Shown here: positions 60,319 through 64,000 of the stretch, one piece after another
How the letters are laid out: the number at the start of each line of letters is the position of its first letter
How positions within the stretch are numbered: the stretch's first letter is position 1
Assembly: GCA_002269645.1 (NCBI GenBank)
Contig: NIVC01000406.1
Span: 193,045 to 257,044 of the forward strand
DNA length: 64,000 bases
Direction: 5' to 3'
Source of the DNA: Macrostomum lignano
Taxonomy: Eukaryota
Program-made: the position numbers and the translations under genes
The notes under the pieces: model-generated
Database searches by the model: none
What the model saw: only the letters and a program-made list of their open reading frames with translations
What the model was told of the DNA's origin: nothing

Positions 60319-61173
60319 TTACTTAACAAGCATTTCAAACTCCTTCATTGAGTAGAAGTTGCCGAAGGGATAATACCAGGAAATACCGACGGCTTCCACT
60401 GACAGGTGAAGAGCTTCTGGGGGATTAAAATACAGGCCGTTCGGGTTGGTCTGATGACACAGACCATACCACCAGCCTCCTTTGTATGTCAGACTACAGC
60501 TGCCATCTCCTGCATCGTTGTCAGAGTCGATGGTGCTGAACTGCATGCCATTGTGGAAGGCCATGACGTCTCCCAGACTCGGGTGGCTGCCATGGAAACC
60601 GGAGACATTCAAACGGAACTTGTCGGCCTCGCTGGCCACGGAGAAGCTGGAGTAGTCGGCCCAGAACTCCGTGCCATTCCACAGCCTCATTCGCATGCGA
60701 AGTGCTCGACCAGACGGCCAGGTCAGAGAGTGCACAGCTCGCAGACCTGCAGTTGTCAAGCACAGCTCAATGCTGAGCAGCTCACAGCCACAGGAGGCCA
60801 GCGCTATCAAAAAGTGCATCAATACCGTCATGACCGCACTGCACTGCACTCACCGAGCCAGTGGTTCGTGTGGGCTCCCTCTCCGAAGCCGGCTGCGTAC
60901 TCGGTCCAGTTGCGATAGAAGTCTGTCGAGTTGTCCACCCGACGCTGGATGCTGATCCAGCAGTCGCTGAGTGACGTCACAAACACCTGTAGTGAGGCAT
61001 TGAGAGCTGCGGTCAGGCAAGTGCTGTCAGTTACCTGGCTGTCAGGTGAGTCAGTGCACGCTTGCTACTCACCCTGATGCAGCACGGAGACTGGTGAGTG
61101 TGAGGCGTCAGTCTGCGACACACAGCGCCACTTCGGTTTGCTGGAATGCGAATGAGCTCAGCTGGGTGAGCAG
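60319..61173 (-). CDS. Fibrinogen-related-domain (FReD/ficolin/tenascin-like) protein, 3' exons only: ~61173-61073 (tentative), 60986-60854, 60746-60319
   Basis: WISIQRRVDNSTDFYRNWTEYAAGFG..HWL|GLRAVH..YSSFSVASEADKFRL..FHNGMQFSTIDSDND..CSLTYKGGWWYGLCHQTNPNGLY; phase-consistent GT/AG junctions; 5' exons probably lie beyond the terminal array. Confidence 0.88.
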
Positions 61174-61229
61174 CTTCATCAGGTTTAAGGCATGGAGCAT
61201 GAGTAATGATGTGAGATGCTAGCTGCGGC

Positions 61230-64000
61230 TGCACTGCTGCTCACACACTGCAGACACTGCTCACACACTGCAGACACTGTTCACACACTGCAGACACTGC
61301 TCACACACTGCAGACACTGTTCACACACTGCAGTCACTGTTCACACACTGCAAACACTGCTCACACACTGCAGACACTGCTCACACACTGCAGACACTGG
61401 TCACACACAGCAGACACTGCTCACACACTGCAGACACTGTTCACACACTGCAGACACTGCTCACACACTGCAGACACTGTTCACACACTGCAGTCACTGT
61501 TCACACACTGCAGACACTGTTCACACACTGCAGACACTGCTCACACACTGCAGACACTGTTCACACACTGCAGTCACTGTTCACACACTGCAGACACTGT
61601 TCACACATTGCAGACACTGCTCACACACTGCAGACACTGCTCACACACTGCAGACACTGTTCACACACTGCAGACACTGTTCACACACTGCAGACACTGT
61701 TCACACATTGCACACACTGCTCACACATTGCAGACACTGCTCACACACTGCAGACACTGCTCACACACTGCAGACACTGTTCACACACTACAGACACTGC
61801 TCACACACTGCAGACACTGTAAGAGCCACTGCTGCTCACACTGCAAACTAACACTGTGAGTGTTCACACTACAGTCACTGGTCACACACTGCAGACACTG
61901 CTCACACTGTAGAAAGTACTCATAGTCACACACTACATAAACTGAGAGAGCGACTGCTCACACACTACAGTCACTGGTCACACACAGCAGACACTGCTCA
62001 CACACAGCAGACACTGCTCACACACTACAGTCACTGGTCACACACAACAGACACTGCTCACACATTACAGCCACTGGTCACACACTGCAGACACTGCTCA
62101 CACACTACAGCCACTGGTCACACACTGCAGACACTGTTCACACACTACAGTCACTGGTCACACACTGCAGACACTGGTCACACACTACAGTCACTGCTCA
62201 CACACTGCAGACACTGCTCACACACTACAGTCACTGGTCACACACTACAGTCACTGGTCACACACTGCAGATACTGGTCACAAATACAGTCACTGCTCAC
62301 ACACTACAGTCACTGGTCACACACTACAGTCACTGGTCACACACTGCAGACACTGCTCACACACTACAGTTACTGGTCACACACTACAGTCACTGCTCAC
62401 ACACTACAGTCACTGGTCACACACTACAGTCACTGGTCACACACTGCAGACACTGTTCACACACTGCAGACACTGGTCACACACTGCAGACACTGCTCAC
62501 ACACTACAGTCACTGGTCACACACTGCAGACACTGTTCACACACTGCAGACACTGCTCACACACTGCAGACACTGTTCACACACTGCAGACACTGCTCAC
62601 ACACTGCAGACACTGTTCACACACTGCAGACACTTCACACACTGCAGACACTGTTCACACACTGCAGACACTGTTCACACACTGCAGACACTGCCCACAC
62701 ACTGCAGACACTGCTCACACACTGCAGACACTGTTCACACACTGCAGACACTGCTCACACACTGCAGACATTGTGAGAGCTCACACACTGCAGACACTGT
62801 TCACACACTGCAGACACTGCCCACACACTGCAGACACTGCCCACACACTGCAGACACTGTTCACACACTGCAAACACTGCTCACACACTGCAGACACTGT
62901 GAGAGCTCACACACTGCAGACACTGTGAGAGCTCACACACTGCAGACACTGTTCACACACTGCAGACACTGCCCACACACTGCAGACACTGCCCACACAC
63001 TACAGACACTGCCACACACTGCAGACACTGCTCACACACTGCAGACACTGTTCACACACTGCAGACACTGCCCACACACTGCAGACACTGCCACACACTG
63101 CAGACACTGCCTCACACACTGCAGACACTGCTCACACACTGCAGACACTGCTCACACACTGCAGACACTGTTCACACACTACAGACACTGTCACACACTG
63201 CAGACACTGCTCACACACTGCAGACACTGCTCACACACTGCAGACACTGCTCACACACTGCAGACACTGCTCACACACTGCAGACACTGCTCACACACTG
63301 CAGACACTGCTCACACACAGACACTGTCACACACTGCAGACACTGCTCACACACTGCAGACACTGTTCACACACTAGCAGACACTGCCACACACTGCAGA
63401 CACTGCTCACACACTGCAGACACTGCTCACACACTGCAGACACTGCTCACACACTGCAGACACTGCTCACACACTGCAGACACTGCTCACACACAGCAGA
63501 CACTATTCACACACTGCAGACACTGCTCACACACTGCAGACACTGCTCACACACTGCAAACACTGCTCACACACTGCAGACACTGTGAGGCTCACACACT
63601 GCAGACACTGCACTCACACACTGCAGCACACACACTGGTCAGACACTGCTCACACACTGCAGACACTGTTCACACACTGCAGACACTGGTCACACACTGC
63701 AGACACTGTTCACACACTACAGTCACTGGTCACACACTACAGTCACTGGTCACACACTGCAGACACTGTCACACACAGCAGACACTGCTCACACACTGCA
63801 GTCACTGGTCACACACTGCAGACACTGCTCACACACTGCAGACACTGTCACACACTACAGTCACTGGTCACACACTGCAGACACTGTTCACACACTACAG
63901 ACACTGGTCACACACTACAGTCACTGGTCACACACTGCAGACACTGCTCACACACAGCAGACACTGCTCACACACTGCAGTCACTGGTCACACACAACAG
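61230..64000. repeat. 20-bp satellite CTCACACACTGCAGACACTG, more than 2.7 kb, running off the window; probably intronic to the FReD gene
   Basis: Direct reading; produces the THCRHCSHTADT pseudo-ORFs. Confidence 0.97.

Overview
Eukaryotic (animal) genomic DNA with GC-rich exons and introns packed with minisatellites. That architecture, plus TTAGGG repeats, suggests a flatworm such as Macrostomum; this is inference and was not tested. I reconstructed spliced genes by hand from GT/AG boundaries and intron phase. On +: an SFMBT/Scm-like Polycomb gene (5' end missing), an Hv1-like voltage-sensor-only membrane protein that the ORF track misses, and a complete 12-exon pyruvate carboxylase. On -: a CD225/dispanin gene, a complete 6-exon USP39/Sad1, and the 3' end of a fibrinogen-domain gene. 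From 42.3 to 60 kb the window is accessory sequence: a decayed hAT-like transposon, several small TIR elements with target-site duplications, a truncated CsRn1-type Gypsy element, orphan promoters and ORFs, and large tandem arrays. Two signals stand out. The first is the divergent Hv1-like gene, which keeps the S1 selectivity Asp but has S4 RLVRLLT instead of RxWRxxR. The second is a recurring pattern of related tandem arrays in inverted orientation on either side of exons (USP39 exons 3-4, the dispanin last exon, the PC last exon), which could fold the pre-mRNA. Most long ORFs in the track are tandem-repeat artefacts.
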